The position numbers and the translations under genes were made by a program. DNA of 63,487 nt, the filler included, from Phoronis australis (taxonomy: Eukaryota; Animalia; Phoronida): the NCBI GenBank assembly GCA_002633005.1. It is 10 parts of 10 records of this genome, joined end to end, with 100 filler letters (N's around TTAATTAATTAA, not from the genome) between each part and the next. Parts side by side here need not be neighbours in the genome. Positions count along the whole stretch, not along the records: positions 1 to 9,223 come from NMRA01000284.1; positions 9,324 to 31,437 come from NMRA01000027.1; 8 more parts are not named here. One strand, written 5' to 3'. Each line of letters opens with the position of its first letter. The first letter of the stretch is position 1. Shown piece by piece: positions 1 through 12,300 of the stretch. The notes under the pieces are model-generated. The model was given only the letters and a program-made list of their open reading frames with translations. It did no database searches and was not told where the DNA came from.

Positions 1-263
1 AAATTCGTGATGTGTGCTGTAAGCCTAAACACGCATTTGTACATGGTAACGGCGCGTGGAGCGATTTGTCCCTGAAGTCCGACAGATTCAACATGGATAC
101 ATAATTATTATAACGACTGTGCCTACATGGCAGCGACATTTTTCGGCCTATTTTTTAGGGATAATTGGCGAAAGATTTGAACTTCTGGTGGTAAAGTGTT
201 CCTTCTAACGGAACGTTATGGCACGTGATTATTGAACTTGGTAAATTTAAGATTGCAACTCAC

Positions 264-399
264 CCTCACAAAAAGTCCCAAAAAACATGCACAAATTGTG
301 AAAATATCCAACTTGTTGACCCATGTCTTTTCGACTTTGGCAGCGCTGGAGTCGGGTAGTGATAGTGAATTCTCATCTAACAGAGAATACATCTTCAAA
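264..399 (-). CDS. Candidate internal exon, TRP/TRPM channel S3-helix-like (tentative)
   Basis: Acceptor ttttacag and donor gg|gtgagt bound a 136-nt open frame: LKMYSLLDENSLSLPDSSAAKVEKTWVNKLDIFTICACFLGLFVR. The end resembles the TRPM W-N-x-LD...F-x-x-G-x-x-LR segment. No neighbouring exons found. Confidence 0.3.
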
Positions 400-677
400 C
401 TGTAAAACAACAATCATGTTAGCAATCTTCCTTATGCAGGAACATTGGGTAAAATTACTACACACGAAGCTATCACAATTAAACGTATTCAACGGCAGGC
501 AAGGTGTGGAAGAAGTTGCAGATGAGTACCTTTCGTGAAAAGGTGGCTCGAACTATTTTGTTAGATTGCAAGAGACCACGGATATGTATTTTTATTGTTA
601 AATGAGATGTTATCAAAACATCATCCAGATTAACGTTTTTTGAAAATATGTACACCACAGAAAGCAAATAAGAAAAA

Positions 678-2710
678 TGCAAATTCTTGTATATAACAGC
701 TTATTATTTAAATGACTTGTTATTAAAATGACATAGGCAAAATTTGAATTAGTGCAAGTTTTAGGTGAATACATTGTCAATTTTCATAATTTATGCAAAT
801 TAAGACGGCCATTATGCAAAATTCTATTTTTGCTTATAACTTCCTTACCAAGGACTGTAGCCAGATAGTTTGATGTTTTTACCCATGTTTCCATGGTCAA
901 CGAATTAAATAGTGAAAGTTTTTGGGTGAATACATCGTCAATTTGCATAATTTATGCAAATTAAGGCCGCCATTATTCAAAATTGTGCTTGTGCTTATAG
1001 CTACTGTACCAGGCACCACATATGAACAATTATGATATTTTCACCTATATTTCTTTGGTGAACTAGTTCAATGAATCGCTTTGCATGTTGTTGCATGATA
1101 AATTTGCCTAATTAATGCAAATTTGCAGAACTAATGCAAATTAAAGGCGCCATTATTCCAATTTCTACTTGTGCTTATAGCTGCGGTACTAAGTACCAAG
1201 CACCACAGGTAAACTCTCATTATATTTGAGCCTATGTTCCTGTGGTCAATTAGGTTAATGAAATCAGATTGCAAGTTACATGATAAATTAGCATAACTTA
1301 TGCAAATAAAGGCAGCCATTATCAAAAATTTTGTCTCTGCTCGTAACTTTCTTACAGGGGGCACTACATGTAAGTTGTTTTGGTATTTTTACTTATAAAT
1401 TTAATGTAATTTGTCATTACATCATAAATATAAATAATTTGTACTTTATTACACAACATTACAAATTCTAGTTTTGTCTGATACTTGGATATATGCAGTA
1501 GTAGATGACCAAATTGTTTCATGGCATAAACCCGGGACAATAACCTATCGAGTGGAGACCAGTCACAATACGTTTCAAATGCTAATTCAACACTCGGAAC
1601 GTGAGCACACTGCAGTATAACGTGCCCAAACTATTGTGCGGGGTACAAAATTGACCCTACAATTGTATCTACTTGAATTTCGTGGAATCTGACCTTTACA
1701 GACACACCTAATCATCACTAGTATGCAATAGGAGGGAGTTGGACACCGGGCGGAATTATAGATGGTGAGAGTGATTGGTTATTGGCATCTTTCTTCCATC
1801 CATAGTCGTCTGGACCTAGTGCTGGTGACATTCCACCATATGACTGATTGGTAATGGGCTCTGTTTACGTATACATTCTCTTTGAAGGCTTTTGTTGTTG
1901 GTGGCAATTTGGGAGCGGACATTTTTTTCTTGCCATTTCTATTACCCATACCAGTAGTCTGGTTCCCGACGTCTTCCTGATTCATCTCATTCCATAACAG
2001 GAACACATACATTTAGTAGCCTGTTTTATGACACCAGAAAAATGTGCATTAAACGTGATGATGGAAGACAGGTCATGTCCAGCCTTCACTATTTTAACGA
2101 TGGATACCTTTCCAACTCCATAGTAGCATGCCACCGTGTTACACCCTTACAGTGCATGGGCAGGTAGGAGACCTTCACAATATCGGTACATGATTTCACT
2201 GTTAACTTTTAGTTTACGACTGTTCTACGCTTACTGGGTGATTTCATGGTTGTGATATTTGAAGCTGTTCCTTGTCTTAGTAATGCACACGAAGGACAAA
2301 TACATTTTTGTTATCCGAAACAACCTAAAATTTGTTAAGTTCGTATACACATTTCACGTCCTGTTGGACAATAATGGAGATAGCTTCTTCATGGGATGCC
2401 TCTATCTCCAATGTCCTTGTACTGTATAAAGGGACAAGGATCTTCATCAGTGATTGGTAAGTGCGCCTTAAGCGACAAATAATTTTGAATAATGGTGCCC
2501 TTAATTTGCATTAATTATGCAAATGTATCATGCAATAACATGCAAACTGATGTCATTAAACTAATTGACCCTAGAAACATAGGTGCAACTATTATAATTC
2601 ACCTTTGATAATTGGTACCATAGCTATTAGAACAAGTAAAATTTTGAATGATGGCGGCCTTAATTTGCATAAATTATGCATTAAATTAGCATTTGGCTCC
2701 CGCACTACTA
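678..2710 (-). mobile_element. Internally deleted AcademX-like DNA transposon with inverted subterminal repeat arrays
   Basis: Degenerate ~170-180-bp repeats at ~680-1330 (aatttatgcaaattaaggccgccattattcaaaatt) recur as reverse complements at ~2480-2690. They enclose an XPG-like relic. The right end reads ...cactacta (5'-TAG on the minus strand). The left terminus was not identified. Confidence 0.55.
1570..2410 (-). pseudogene. Decayed XPG/FEN1-like nuclease plus Cys-rich C-terminus (AcademX-type protein)
   Basis: Minus-strand motifs in the expected order: SHEEAISIIVQQ, SDNKNVFVL, LLPAHAL*GCNTVACYYGVGK, KLPPTTKAF...RAHYQSVIW, PDDYGW, IRCVCK. Contains stops and frameshifts. Confidence 0.7.
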
Positions 2711-2959
2711 GTCCCCTGCTTGAGCTTAGAATTTCGCTTAATCTCAATATCAGGTTTACGTGAAATTGGAATTAAATATTTTAATCAGGTAAAACTTGTT
2801 GTTAAATGTAATTTTCGTTCGTATTCTTGCCGCCTTAACAAGAACTTCTGTGAAAGAATCGGAGGGATATTTCACATGTAAGTTGTACGAGTACGGTATT
2901 TAAAATCGGAAGATGTCAGATTTTATACAAAACTGGGGTCTGTTGCCATTAATCTTCAT

Positions 2960-3155
2960 TGTTAAATTTGATCGTTGAAATCCCAAGGCGAAAACACGTC
3001 GATGCGTTACTACCTCGCGATCGTCGATATGAGAATTTGAATAAAAATACAGTTTCTATTCAAAAAAATACTTGAAATCCTCACTTAAGTTTTCCAAATA
3101 GAGTCCCTAATTATTAAGTACTTCAGTGTGGAGTCGGAATTAACAGCAGGTTAAC
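2960..3155 (+). repeat. Dispersed repeat copy A (diverged direct copy at ~4860-5085)
   Basis: Shared blocks gaaatccc..ggcga, tcgc(g/a)atcgtcgata, gaaatcctc..aagttttccaaatag and attaac.gcag.ttaa occur in the same order in both copies. Confidence 0.7.
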
Positions 3156-3164
3156 CCAGGTGAG

Positions 3165-3385
3165 AATTCTACACGTTTGACATGCTCTGAGAGCGTGGCG
3201 TATTTCAACAGAGTGTCAAACGTGTAAAACGTTACATGTCAAACACATATGTAAAGCGTAGCGTGTCAAACGTGGCGAAAAGAGGCAAAACTTGTAATTT
3301 TCGGCGGTTTTGACACGCTAGTGTGTAATACGTTGCGCTTTTGCCACGCTAGTGTATCAAACGTGGCACTTTTGCCATGCTAGCC
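3165..3385. repeat. Degenerate short-unit repeat in both orientations (acacgtttgaca / tgtcaaacgtg), MITE-like
   Basis: Multiple copies of tgtcaaacgtg and its reverse complement. Confidence 0.55.
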
Positions 3386-3444
3386 TGTAATCTGAATCCT
3401 TGCCATGGTAGTGACCCCACATTTAGCCTGACCCTTACAAAAAT

Positions 3445-3765
3445 GAACTTAGGTTTTAATCATAAAACTTAAGTTTTTGGTCTGAAAAACTTAACTTTTC
3501 AGTAACACAAACTTATGTATTTCGGGACAAGTTTTTTGGAACAAACTTAAATTTTCATAACTTAAGTTTGCAAAAACTTAAACTTTTCAAAAACTTAAGT
3601 TTTTTTTAACTTAAGTTAAAAAAGCTTATGTTTTACAAAGATTTAAGTTCTAAAAATTTAAGTTTTTTGAAAAGTTAAGTTCCAAAAACTTATGTTTATT
3701 CCAAAAAACTTGTTCCAAAATACAAACGTTTTTCAAAAACCTAAGTTTCTGGAACTTAAGTTACC
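3445..3765. repeat. AT-rich quasi-palindromic array of aaaacttaagtttt units (fold-back/MITE-like)
   Basis: The self-complementary aaaacttaagtttt motif is repeated many times with variants. Confidence 0.7.
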
Positions 3766-4859
3766 ATAATAATTCATACTGTAAAATAAATTTTATCTTC
3801 TGTACAGCAAAAATAAAAATTAGTATATCATGTACTCCTATCAATCACTTTACTGGCAGACGTTTGCAAAGATATTAAATTGAGGCTCCAAGTTTCTTGA
3901 GGTAAAAGAATATGCCCCTCCTGTGAAGGCGAGATCTTTAGTCAGACCATATTCAACTCAACTTGCACCTGAATCACCCAGTGGCACCCAGATTAGCTAC
4001 CACTATCATGACGTTGAAGATTTGATTGTAATAAAACCAGTAGAACTTGGCAATTATTATGAAACTTTTGAGTCTAAATACGACAAACTACTGGCCCAGG
4101 GACATTTTAGTATTCCGCAGCAGCCCTGTAAAAATTCTAAATCATGTACTTTTCAGCTCCTCTGTCACACCAGACAGATTTTCTTTATTTGCATTGCATA
4201 ACCTGGTTCAACTAGATCGGAGTTATGCAAGTTTTACTGTACGTAACAATACCTAAATGCTGTGGTGAGAGCTCACTTGAGTACATTGAGACCCATTCCG
4301 GGGGTACTCCAGTTTCGATGTCCTTTCGTATTCAATAATCTAGATCCTCCCGATCAGCCTGAGCTGAATAGATCAAATAAGGCAGCCAAAACTAAATGAC
4401 GAAAAAGTTATCCATATCAATACAATAGTTACATTAGTTATTTCTAATTTTGAGAACTTCGCATGTGAAACTTGCAAATGGTTGACATGTAATGAAATAA
4501 GATCTACCAAGAATGTGTTAATTTTGATCGCGGATTTAGAGAGGCAGCCATTTTTAAAAGTGCGACACTTTTTGGTAAAATTGATAACTAACCGTTCATC
4601 AAGAGTGAAGCTGTCTCGATACAGAGCATTTCGGGCCTGGTCTGAGAATATTTTTATGGCCTAATTAAGTCCTTATCAGCTGAAGCAATCTAATTAAAAC
4701 TTCACGGTGCATCAGCCAGTGATGCCTGCTATGCATAGCTAATGATGACCTTTGCTCGAACCAGGGAACTACTTTCAAACTGAAGCCAGCTTATCAATTT
4801 ACACCAGAATTTTGACAATCTAACATTTCCACTTAAGCCGCAGTCTCTATCAAAATCCG

Positions 4860-5085
4860 TTGTTAAATTACGATCATTTTTCAGAAAATTGTGCTGAAAT
4901 CCCTTGGCGATATCACCGACAAATGCGTAGCTGCCGGTCTCGCAATCGTCGATAGGGCTTGAATTCTTGAATAAGAATACAGCTTCGATTCAACAAATTA
5001 CCTGAAATCCTCCTCAAGTTTTCCAAATAGCGTCTCTAAGATTTTTAAGTTCTAATTGTGAAGTCTGGATTAACTGCAGATTAAG
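4860..5085 (+). repeat. Dispersed repeat copy B (see 2960-3155)
   Basis: Diverged direct copy of 2960-3155. Confidence 0.7.
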
Positions 5086-6874
5086 TCCAAATCTGCGCGA
5101 GATTGTATCTCGCAACACGAGAAAAATCTCTGGAGGAACTCACATGTTATTGTCACGTGATGTTTGTTTTGAAGTTTGTGTGTTTGTGTGTGTGTGAGAG
5201 TAAGCGTGCGTGTGATTGTCATCAGAGTTCATTTGCCAAATTAAATGCGATGTAATGATCTAGGTGTGCATTGTATCCAAAGAAATTAACTCAAACAGTC
5301 AAGCAGAGCGTGTTTTAATATTAAGCTTAGCACTTGCTGGCCTCATCTGCTAAAAAAACGTTCGAGAATTGTTTCGGTAAAACCGATATGTCACTCAGTG
5401 AGTCGCCGGGTGAGTGGATGCGTGACCGTAGTGTAACAGCTATTTTCCAGAAGATTCGGGGTGTAAGGGTTCAAATGTGTTCACTATCAGTGGGTCATTT
5501 TGGCTTTAAAGGCACCAATTATGATTAGTTAAATAATTTGTCTTAAAAATAATTCAAAAGATTTTTAAACGGTATTAGAAACTTTCGGAAATTAGTGCCA
5601 ATATTTAGTTCTTGCCGATGCTATGTTACCCTTTTCATGAATAGATAGTTCCCGACTAAATGTCTTCGATGACAGCCGGTACATTATGCAGCGCGCGCTT
5701 TTTGGCCGCGTGCCAACACTGGTCGAGTTTTTTATTAGTCTTCGATTCACGGTTTTCAAGTGTACAAAGAAGTTTAGATTCCTGTTGAGGCCGGAGAAGA
5801 TCTGTACCGGAAGGAAACAATGCAATCTAACTGACAAGTGCGCTGCGTCTGTTTTCAAAGCCCAGACCCGCGTATAGTGAGGCACATCCCTCGCAAAAGC
5901 AGAAACTTACTTTTGCGTTCTTTTTGTATGGCGGCATAAGTTTGAAGTGTATACAGACATAACGGTGAGGCTCGTAGTCTACAAATTTAGGACTGTCGGA
6001 TCTTTCAATTGATAAATTGGAGACGTTAGTACTGTACGTAAAGCATTTTTCGCATGTAGTTCATGGGCTGGGCGCTTACTTTAGCGAAGTCTGGAAACGC
6101 GTTGGGGCAGTTATTGGGGCATGGGCGCTTATTAGGGCGAATAGCGGCTGAATTACATACAGCAGCGTAGTTTAACGCACACGAGTCACACGTCGTGCAA
6201 ACGAATCGGCCATTCCATATACCCTAATCAATCCCAACAGCCTTTGCGCACCCTAATTTTCGGACATGCGCAATCGTTAAATCGACTCGGTTGCAATTCC
6301 GCTATTGTCCAATTCTACTAAAACTTAATTTTAACTACCGCAATTTTCCAATTTTTAAACTATTGCTTACAAGTTACAGTCCCTGGGAAACACGAACACT
6401 TTGTTTAAGTTTGAGATTGCAAGTGGAAATAACTTTGGATAGATTAAAAATCTATGAACTTGCCTACAAAGTCGTTTGAAGCTCTGATCTAAACACAACA
6501 ATTTTCGATTGATATAGAGCCCGTCAATAGAGGCTCATTCATACTGTTGTGACACTTGTAACAACAAGCGCGACTAAGCGCACGTACACTGTATTGCCAG
6601 TTTGGAAAATAACATTGTTTGCATTAGTCTAGTGGTATGATTAATCAGTGATACAACACTTGAATACATTTTAACAATTTAGCCCTGAAAAAGTAGTATG
6701 TTATTTAAAAGTACTTTCAACACCTCCGCCATAAAAACGTTTGGATTTCGCTACAATGTTATTTAAAAATACTCGTTCCGCATGCCGCTTTATAAAAGAC
6801 AGTGTGATAATGCTGGTCATCGTTAAGAGGCAGTCCTTATAAAAACCAGTATAGCACACATCACGAATTTTTGT

Positions 6875-7082
6875 CCGCCCGGTCGGAAATTGGTCGACGA
6901 CTGGCCGTCGACCGGTCGGCAAATTAGCCGACCGGTCGACTAAAAATTAGCCGACCGGCAGCCGCCCGCAGTGCCGACTCATAAGGCGACTCCCCAGCCG
7001 ACCCGTCAGCCGACCCGTCAGCCGACCCTTTTGCCGACCGGCCATCAGCCGACCAGCTGGTCGGCTGCTATTTTTAGGCTGG
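6875..7082. repeat. GC-rich quasi-palindromic ccgaccggtcg / gccgacc repeat patch, probable MITE remnant
   Basis: Dense gccgacc and ggtcggc motifs in both orientations within AT-rich flanks. Confidence 0.6.
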
Positions 7083-8470
7083 AGTAGCAGTTGCGTAATA
7101 GGTTGTCAGGCTCATACTACTTTCCGTGTCAATGCATATTCGTCTTAGCACTGGGTCAAATAAATTAGCCTAGTTTTGCTGTCTCGGTGAGTTCACGTCG
7201 GTTGTGTAACACCACTAATTCGAAGTTTGAAGGCAAGCGGTAATAGTAAATATTGGATGATGGACAATGCAACAAGTTCTGAATGAAAAACGTGAAAGTT
7301 TTCTTTACATTTGATCTTTAATTCGACTCGTGACGTTAACAAGTTGTATTAGATTGGTTGCTTCCCGGTCGCTGTAGTCATTTTGTAAATGCGCCGCTAT
7401 TTTTCGCAGTCTTCGACCACAGTTGATTTTGTTTGTGTAATGCCAAACTGCATCATTTTTTGCTTTTTTAAGTTATTCACCGGTCTCCTATCACACGCCC
7501 ATGATGATGGATTAGTGAGTGAGTTGTTACACCGCGAGGAGCTCTCACTCCGGTATTTTATTTTCATAGTATTGACCCTTGCAGTACAGACGCGAAACTC
7601 ACGGTCCAGTAGGCCTCTGCCCTAAACCCACGGACTTCGATAAGATGGCTTTAACTTCGAAATCATATTATGGTTACGACTTCCACGAACTAAGACGGTG
7701 ACAGTTACACGGAATGACCACTGTTGAGGCTACAGCCAATTGTACGTAGCTTTGCACATTCCGTTTTCAAGTATCGGTGACCTTAATATCTGGGCTACTT
7801 ACATGTATACGTAGACCCCTATCAGTTGGGCGTTCACGTTGTTCCAAAAATAAATATTTTTTGTCAACAATATATTGACAAATTATGTAAAATAAAACAA
7901 TTGTGAACGGGAAGATGTGAATACGTGGTGAAGAGGTATTTGTGTCTACGCGGCATATTTGCGTGAATCTTTGGTAAAGCGATTGCGATAGCAAAAATGA
8001 TAGAAAATACATGAAGGTGCACTTTTGAGAAGCAAAGCGTCTGGTGATATTTATAGCGTATGATCTGGCCACTGTCTATTTTCATAGTTTGGAAATGACG
8101 AGCAGAGTTTACAAACCATTTGAACAAACTTTTAGGCAAGAAGTCTGCTTTAAATAGTTATAGAAACCAAGTCTAAAGTCTTTCAAATGAAAACAAGATG
8201 TTTTCTGGGTTTATTACGCGGCTAGTATCAAAACTGAACCCGATGACCTTTGCCCACTGAGGAAGTCAGTTGAGGTTTAAAGCTTGAGGATTTATAAAAA
8301 ATGTACGTGTAATCCTCTCGTATTCTTTCATTTCTTTTACATAATCAGGTTAATTTAAACACTCTGTACAACTTTTGAATGGAAATAAATGCCTTTAAGA
8401 TTAAACGAGTAAGAATTGATATTTGTAATGTCTGGTTTTGAGAGAAGCAAGTGCATTTTAAAAAGACAAA

Positions 8471-9223
8471 ATGGCGGACGATGTCGATGGGCCTTCATGT
8501 TCCTTTAGAGTTTATTCTTCAAAAAATCACAAAAGCTGTGTGCTTTAGTGAGTCATGTCAAAGACACCACTGAACATTTGAGATACAAGAAACTACTTCA
8601 CAAAGCAAGGCCTGTTCCAGAGTACGGACTCGTACTACCCAGAGTCGGTGAATTTCTGACTGAACAGGACCAGTCATGGAAGAGTCAGGTAATGCTGGAT
8701 GTTACCACTCTGCTCCTCTCCTCCTGAACGTAGCACCCTTGTCAAATTCTACCGGCATTTCTGTTTCGAGATATGACTTTAGTGAAAGTCAGAATGGAAA
8801 GGATCTCTGTGATCGCAAGATCGCTCCACTCAAACAACATGCAAAGTACTTTGTAGCCGAAAGTAATAATATCATAAACTTTCTGGATTTGAAAGAAGCA
8901 CTACTTTCCAGTGGCCGTGTGAAGGGATGTTATGTGTATGCATTTTCAGTCAATGCAACAAAGTCTTTTCCAAAATACTCAGTTCCTGGTATAAGGACAT
9001 TCCCAAATTCCCACTATTCCATCCAAGGAATTCACGTGTGGAAATCATTCCATGTAGATGACGGTAAGTTCTTACAAATACTGAGAAAATGGGAAACCTA
9101 TTTCTCTAAATTACACTAACATCTCTAGACATGGCGGATTTTCAACACCAAGACTTAAGGTTGGAATTGTATCTAGTGAAGAGCCTCAACAAAAGTTCCC
9201 TTGTACCCAGCAAGGTTACTCGA
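8471..9223 (+). pseudogene. Deleted Sola3-like DDD transposase (copy 1)
   Basis: ATG at 8471 (MADDVDGPSCSF), then a core with SGNAGCYH (degenerate SDNAGCYH) and YDFSESQNGKDLCDRKIA in ORF 8676-9119. Truncated by a spacer. Family assignment is from recalled motifs and the terminus at 33712. Confidence 0.65.
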
Positions 9224-9323
9224 NNNNNNNNNNNNNNNNNNNNNNNNNNNNNNNNNNNNNNNNNNNNTTAATTAATTAANNNNNNNNNNNNNNNNNNNNN
9301 NNNNNNNNNNNNNNNNNNNNNNN
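9224..9323. other. Artificial assembly spacer N44-TTAATTAATTAA-N44 (also 31438-31537, 35276-35375, 40753-40852, 46609-46708, 51607-51706, 55847-55946, 60510-60609, 62076-62175)
   Basis: Nine identical 100-nt spacers. The 12-mer gives stop codons in all six frames. A plain 78-N gap at 43087-43164 is a different gap type. Confidence 0.95.
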
Positions 9324-12300
9324 ACGGAGATTCCGCCTCCTCAGTTCAAACGTCTATTGCCAAAAAACTAACCGTTGAAAATCGATGCCCCTCCGTTCCT
9401 ATTTACCATGGCCCACCATCAATAGAGGAAAGGAAAAAGAATTGACATTCAACGGTTGAGTTTTCGTCAATTGGCGCAAAACCGCGCACAACTTTGCCCT
9501 ACCTCGAAAAACCGAGAATTTTACGGAGATTCCGCCTCCTTAGTTCAAACGTCTATTGCTGAAAAACTCACCGTTGAAAATCGATGCTCCTCAGTTCCTA
9601 GGTCCTCTGGCCTTCCATAAGTAGAGAAAAAGAAAAATAATTGACTTCCAATGGTTGAGTTTTCGTCAATTGGCGCAAAACCGCGCACAACTTTGCCCTA
9701 CCTCGAAAAACCGAGAATTTTACGGAGATTCCGCCTCCTCAGTTCAAACGTCTATTGCTGAAAAACTAACCGTTGAAAATCGGAGCCCCTCCGTTCCGAG
9801 GTACTCTGGCCCTCCCTCAGTAGAGGAAAAGAAAAAGAATTGACTTTCAACTGTTAAGTTTTCGTCAATCGGCACAAAGCCCCGCACGACTTTGCCCTAC
9901 CCCGAAAAACCGAGAATTTTACGGAGATTCCGCCTCCTCAGTTCAAACGTCTATTGCTGAAAAACTAACCGTTGAAAATCGATGCTCCTCCGTTCCTAGG
10001 TCCTCTGGCCCTCCATCAGTAGAGGAAAAGAAAAAGAATTGACTTTCAACGGTTGAGTTTTCGTCAATTGGCGCAAAACTGCGCACGACTTTGCCCTACC
10101 TCGAAAAACCGAGAATTTTACGGAGATTCCGCCTCCTCAGTTCAAACGTCTATTGCTGAAAAACTAACCGTTGAAAATCGATGCCCCTCCGTTCCTAGGT
10201 ACTCTGGCCCTCCATCAATAGAGGAAAAGAAAAAGAATTGACTTTCAACGGTTGAGTTTTCGTCAATTGGCGCAAAACCGCGCACGACTTTGCCCTACCC
10301 CGAAAAACCGAGAATTTTACGGAGATTCCGCCTCCTCAGTTCAAACGTCTATTGCTGAAAAACTAACCGTTGAAAATCGATGCCCCTCCGTTCCTAGGTC
10401 CTCTGGCCCTCCATCAGTAGAGGAAAAGAAAAAGAATTGACTTTCAACGGTTGAGTTTTCGTCAATTGGCGCAAAACCGCGCACGACTTTGCCCTACCTC
10501 GAAAAACCGAGAATTTTACGGAGATTCCGCCTCCTCAGTTCAAACGTCTATTGCTGAAAAACTAACCGTTGAAAATCGATGCCCCTCCGTTCCTAGGTAC
10601 TCTGGCCCTCCATCAATAGAGGAAAAGAAAAAGAATTGACTTTCAACGGTTGAGTTTTCGTCAATTGGCGCAAAACCGCGCACGACTTTGCCCTACCTCG
10701 AAAAACCGAGAATTTTACGGAGATTCCGCCTCTTCAGTTCAAACGTCTATTGCTGAAAAACTAACCGTTGAAAATCGATGCCCCTCCGTTCCTAGGTACT
10801 CTGGCCCTCCATCAATAGAGGAAAAGAAAAAGAATTGACTTTCAACGGTTGAGTTTTCGTCAATTGGCGCAAAACCGCGCACGACTTTGCCCTACCCCGA
10901 AAAACCGAGAATTTTACGGAGATTCCGCCTCCTCAGTTCAAACGTCTATTGCTGAAAAACTAACCGTTGAAAATCGATGCCCCTCCGTTCCTAGGTACTC
11001 TGGCCCTCCATCAATAGAGGAAAAGAAAAAGAATTGACTTTCAACGGTTGAGTTTTCGTCAATTGGCGCAAAACCGCGCACGACTTTGCCCTACCTCGAA
11101 AAACCGAGAATTTTACGGAGATTCCGCCTCCTCAGTTCAAACGTCTATTGCTGAAAAACTAACCGTTGAAAATCGATGCCCCTCCGTTCCTAGGTACTCT
11201 GGCCCTCCATCAATAGAGGAAAAGAAAAAGAATTGACTTTCAACGTTTGAGTTTTCGTCAATTGGCGCAAAACGGCGCACGACTTTGCCCTACCCCGAAA
11301 AACCGAGAATTTTACGGAGATTCCGCCTCCTCAGTTCAAACGTCTATTGCTGAAAAACTAACCGTTGAAAATCGATGCCCCTCCGTTCCTAGGTACTCTG
11401 GCCCTCCATCAATAGAGGAAAAGAAAAAGAATTGACTTTCAACGGTTGAGTTTTCGTCAATTGGCGCAAAACCGCGCACGACTTTGCCCTACCTCGAAAA
11501 ACCGAGAATTTTACGGAGATTCCGCCTCCTCAGTTCAAACGTCTATTGCTGAAAAACTAACCGTTGAAAATCGATGCCCCTCCGTTCCTAGGTACTCTGG
11601 CCCTCCATCAATAGAGGAAAAGAAAAAGAATTGACTTTCAACGGTTGAGTTTTCGTCAATTGGCGCAAAACCGCGCACGACTTTGCCCTACCTCGAAAAA
11701 CCGAGAATTTTACGGAGATTCCGCCTCCTCAGTTCAAACGTCTATTGCTGAAAAACTAACCGTTGAAAATCGATGCCCCTCCGTTCCTAGGTACTCTGGC
11801 CCTCCATCAATAGAGGAAAAGAAAAAGAATTGACTTTCAACGGTTGAGTTTTCGTCAATTGGCGCAAAACCGCGCACGACTTTGCCCTACCCCGAAAAAC
11901 CGAGAATTTTACGGAGATTCCGCCTCCTCAGTTCAAACGTCTATTGCTGAAAAACTAACCGTTGAAAATCGATGCCCCTCCGTTCCTAGGTACTCTGGCC
12001 CTCCATCAATAGAGGAAAAGAAAAAGAATTGACTTTCAACGGTTGAGTTTTCGTCAATTGGCGCAAAACCGCGCACGACTTTGCCCTACCTCGAAAAACC
12101 GAGAATTTTACGGAGATTCCGCCTCCTCAGTTCAAACGTCTATTGCTGAAAAACTAACCGTTGAAAATCGATGCCCCTCCGTTCCTAGGTACTCTGGCCC
12201 TCCATCAATAGAGGAAAAGAAAAAGAATTGACTTTCAACGGTTGAGTTTTCGTCAATTGGCGCAAAACCGCGCACGACTTTGCCCTACCCCGAAAAACCG

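Noticed and set aside
3923-4365. 92-aa ORF and exon-like minus-strand segments
   Set aside because: The ORF has a GTG start and no recognisable homology. The splice-bounded minus-strand segments contain stops or lack recognisable products.
9268-9279. TTAATTAATTAA as a biological motif or TTAA target site
   Set aside because: It is always centred in identical 44-N flanks, so it is an artificial six-frame-stop linker.
10258-10274. CENP-B box in the satellite (TTTCGTCAATTGGCGCA)
   Set aside because: Only TTCG matches. The required A and CGGG positions are absent.
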